Shown here piece after piece: positions 61,749 to 64,000 of a DNA stretch of 64,000 nt. This stretch comes from an uncultured Acidobacteriota bacterium (GTDB lineage: Bacteria > Acidobacteriota > Vicinamibacteria > Fen-336): NCBI GenBank assembly GCA_963724555.1, contig CAVRVE010000028.1:145026-209025 (forward strand), read 5' to 3'. How positions within the stretch are numbered: position 1 is the first letter of the stretch; every line of letters begins with the position of its first letter. The translations under genes were made by a program, and so were the position numbers. The notes under the pieces were generated by a model, which made no database searches, was not told the DNA's origin, and saw only the letters and a list, made by a program, of their open reading frames with translations.

Positions 61749-64000
61749 CTAGCTTTCGTTCCGTGTTCCGTCCCGTTCCCCCTGCTCTCCCGTAGCTCGA
61801 CCGCGGCCAGCGTCAGCAGCAGGATGGGAACGGCGACGGCATTCGGCGACACGGCGGGGGCCAGCGCGATCGCCACGAGGCTCGCGAGGGCGCCGCGCGC
61901 GAGAGCCGACCACGGTCGTCTGAGCAGCCACACCGTCGCGGCCAGCGCCACGACAGCGGTGAGCGGCGCGAGCGACGTCGCCAGGCCCTCAGCGCCCCAG
62001 TAAGCGAGCAGGTTGGCGACTCCGAGGCCCGGACCCGCCGGGACGGAGGCGAAGGCGCGCTCCACGAAGGCCGGCGGATCGAGGACCGCCACCGGGAGCA
62101 CGAGCGCCAGATAGGTCGCGGCCGCAGCGAGCGCCGCGCGCACCATCCGGGGGCGGGCCTCGGCCAGGAGCGCGAACGGGACCACGACGAGCGCGCGGTG
62201 ATCGAGCGCCACGGCCAGTCCCGCGAGCACGCCGGCCATGCGGTCGTGACCGGCGCGACAGCACGCCCAGGCGCCCACGACGGCCGCGAGGCTCGTGGCG
62301 ATCGGAGCTCCGAGGACCGTCCCGAGCGCGAGCGGCGCGGACAGCAGCGCCACGGCAATCGCGCTCCGTCGCCTTCGCCCTTCGAAGCGTGCGGCGAGGA
62401 TCGCGGCGAGCGCCGCGAGCGCCAGGACCGCGACGAGCCGCGGATCGGCCACGCCGACGAGGCGCAGCACGGCGGCCAGCAACGCGAAGGCCCGGCGGCA
62501 GCAGCGGCGCCTCCGGCAGGAGCTCGGCCGGCGGATCCAGGCGGAAGCTGGACGAGACGGCCTCGCGCCCGCGCGGAGCGGTCTCGGCGGGAGGCGAGTA
62601 GGGGCTGCGGCCCGCCACGAGCCTCGCCGCATCGGCTCTCGCTTGCACCACCGCCGGATCCTGCGCGCGCACGATGCCCGTCTGCGTCGAGACGGCGGAG
62701 AGCAGCAGCGTCGGCGCGACGACCACCAGTGCGAACGCGACGGCCGCCACCGGACGCCGTGCGCGGCGCGTCAGCCCGGTCGCCGCGAGCGAGAGGTAGA
62801 GGACGCCCAGGCCCGCGGCGACGGCGCCCACCAGCAGCCCGAGCGGATCGCGGCTGAGGCCCGCTCCCGCCCTCGGAGCGAGCGCCGCGACGAGTCCCTT
62901 CGCGTGGCCGAGACCGCCGGCCGCCTGCTCCCAGGTCGTGCGGAAGAGCCCGTACTCCACGACCTCCACCGCGACCGCGAGCAGCAGCAGCGGAGCGATG
63001 GCAATGTCGGCGCCGCGCCTCGCGGCGAGCACCGCGAGCGGCAGGCAGACCGCCGCGGCGATCAGGTAGTTCGGATGGACGACGCGCGAGAAGTAGAGCG
63101 AGGCGAGGAGCGCGGCGCTGCCGGTCGCGAGCGCCCACTCGGGACGGCCGTCGCGCATCTGCGCGCGCACGAGCAGCAGGCCGAGCGGGACGAGCAGCGG
63201 ATAGAAGACCGAGAAGGGGAAGTATTGCCGCAGGTCGGAGACCCATCCGAAGTAGATCAGGAAGTTGGCGAAGCCGAAGCCGGGCGTGCCGCCCAGCGGG
63301 TAGTTGTCGCCGCCCCGCAGGCCCGCGTTGTAGACGAAGACGTCCGCCCAGAACGCGCGCAGGTCGAGGAGCGCCACGGGCAGCACGACGAGCAGGAAGA
63401 CCAGAGCGGCCGCGGCGAGCGGAGCGGCGAGGCGCCGCCAGGTGGCCGGTACGGTCCACTCCCGGAACGAGCGGGCACCGGCGAGCGCCACGAGCAGGAA
63501 CGGCGCGAACGGCCAGGCGAGCTGCTTCGTCGCGCACGCCAGGCCGAGGAGCGCTCCCGCCGCGACGCTGCGGCCGGCGCGCGCGGCCAGCACCGCCGCC
63601 AGCAGCATCGCCACGAACAGCAGGTCGTTCGCCCCGAAGATCTGATGCCAGTAGACGAGCGGATTCAGGGCCGCAACGCCGGCCGCGGCGAGCCGCGCGT
63701 CGCCCCCGGAAGGCAGCCGCGCGCCGAGCACGACCACGAGCCCATAGAAGAGGAGCGTGACGCAGCGCGGGTCGAAGAAGCCGAGCGCCGCTTTCGACGC
63801 GAGATGGAACGGCAGCATCACGAGGTGCGTTCCCGGCAGGTAGGCGTGGTGGCGGAGGATCGGGTTGCCGCCGAGCTCGTCCCAGAAGCTCGACACGCGC
63901 GCCTGGCGCGCCAGGATCGTGCCCGAGTAGTCGGCGCCGTAGGGGCTCTGCCCCGCCAGGATGAGGTCGAGCGCGAGCGGCAGCTGCACGACGCCGCCGT
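61749..64000 (-). CDS. polytopic GT-C-like (DUF2029/GT87-type) membrane protein with two homologous halves; partial at window end; at least one frame break; 3' end uncertain
   Basis: ORF 61989..63989 (LNPLVYWHQIFGANDLLFV..CATKQLAWPFAPF..VVLPVALLDLRAFWADVFVYN..GFGFANFLIYFGW) switches near 62490 into the frame of ORF 61541..62632 (VALDHRALVVVPFAL..LVLPVAVLDPPAFVERAF..GVANLLAYWG). That frame runs through the tRNA gene, so a further shift to the TAG at 61749 is assumed. Confidence 0.5.

Overview
This is a very GC-rich bacterial chromosomal segment. Third codon positions are almost all G/C, so long antisense shadow ORFs fill the six-frame track.

Gene content suggests a GC-rich soil lineage, possibly Myxococcota-like. 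This is inference only, based on a DUF1800/DUF1501 pair, DUF1080 proteins, a PQQ-type beta-propeller, Ser/Thr kinases fused to BRCT or WD40 domains, and a dynamin-like GTPase.

Core genes, in order:
- the 5' part of a P-type ATPase and a secreted-protein cluster
- sdhCAB, then crcB with a DUF190 gene, a macro-domain gene and qor
- a dynamin-like GTPase, mazG, and two ABC systems, one of them osmoprotectant-type
- a PAS histidine kinase, a thioredoxin, an esterase, rnd, a deoxyhypusine-synthase-like gene and tag
- a contiguous ilvBNC-leuA-leuCD-leuB operon
- ilvA, ilvD, a class I fumarate hydratase and tRNA-Leu(GAG)
- a GT-C-like membrane protein that runs off the right edge

The one clear accessory region is 38.3-41.8 kb, which is visibly lower in G+C. 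It is a chromosomal integron with an integron integrase carrying the IntI-specific insertion and three attC-type hairpin sites. Its cassettes include a BrnT toxin-antitoxin pair and a secreted NTF2-like protein. The array lies 3' of intI and on the same strand, which is the 'inverted integrase' layout.

The ilv-leu operon is preceded by a Leu/Val-rich leader peptide, a mutually exclusive antiterminator pairing and a strong intrinsic terminator.

Technical caveat: many otherwise well-conserved genes are broken by single-base frame changes, with an extreme concentration in sdhCAB. I annotated those genes as full-length units and flagged the breaks. Coordinates near breaks and some start codons are approximate. 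No CRISPR array or rRNA was seen.
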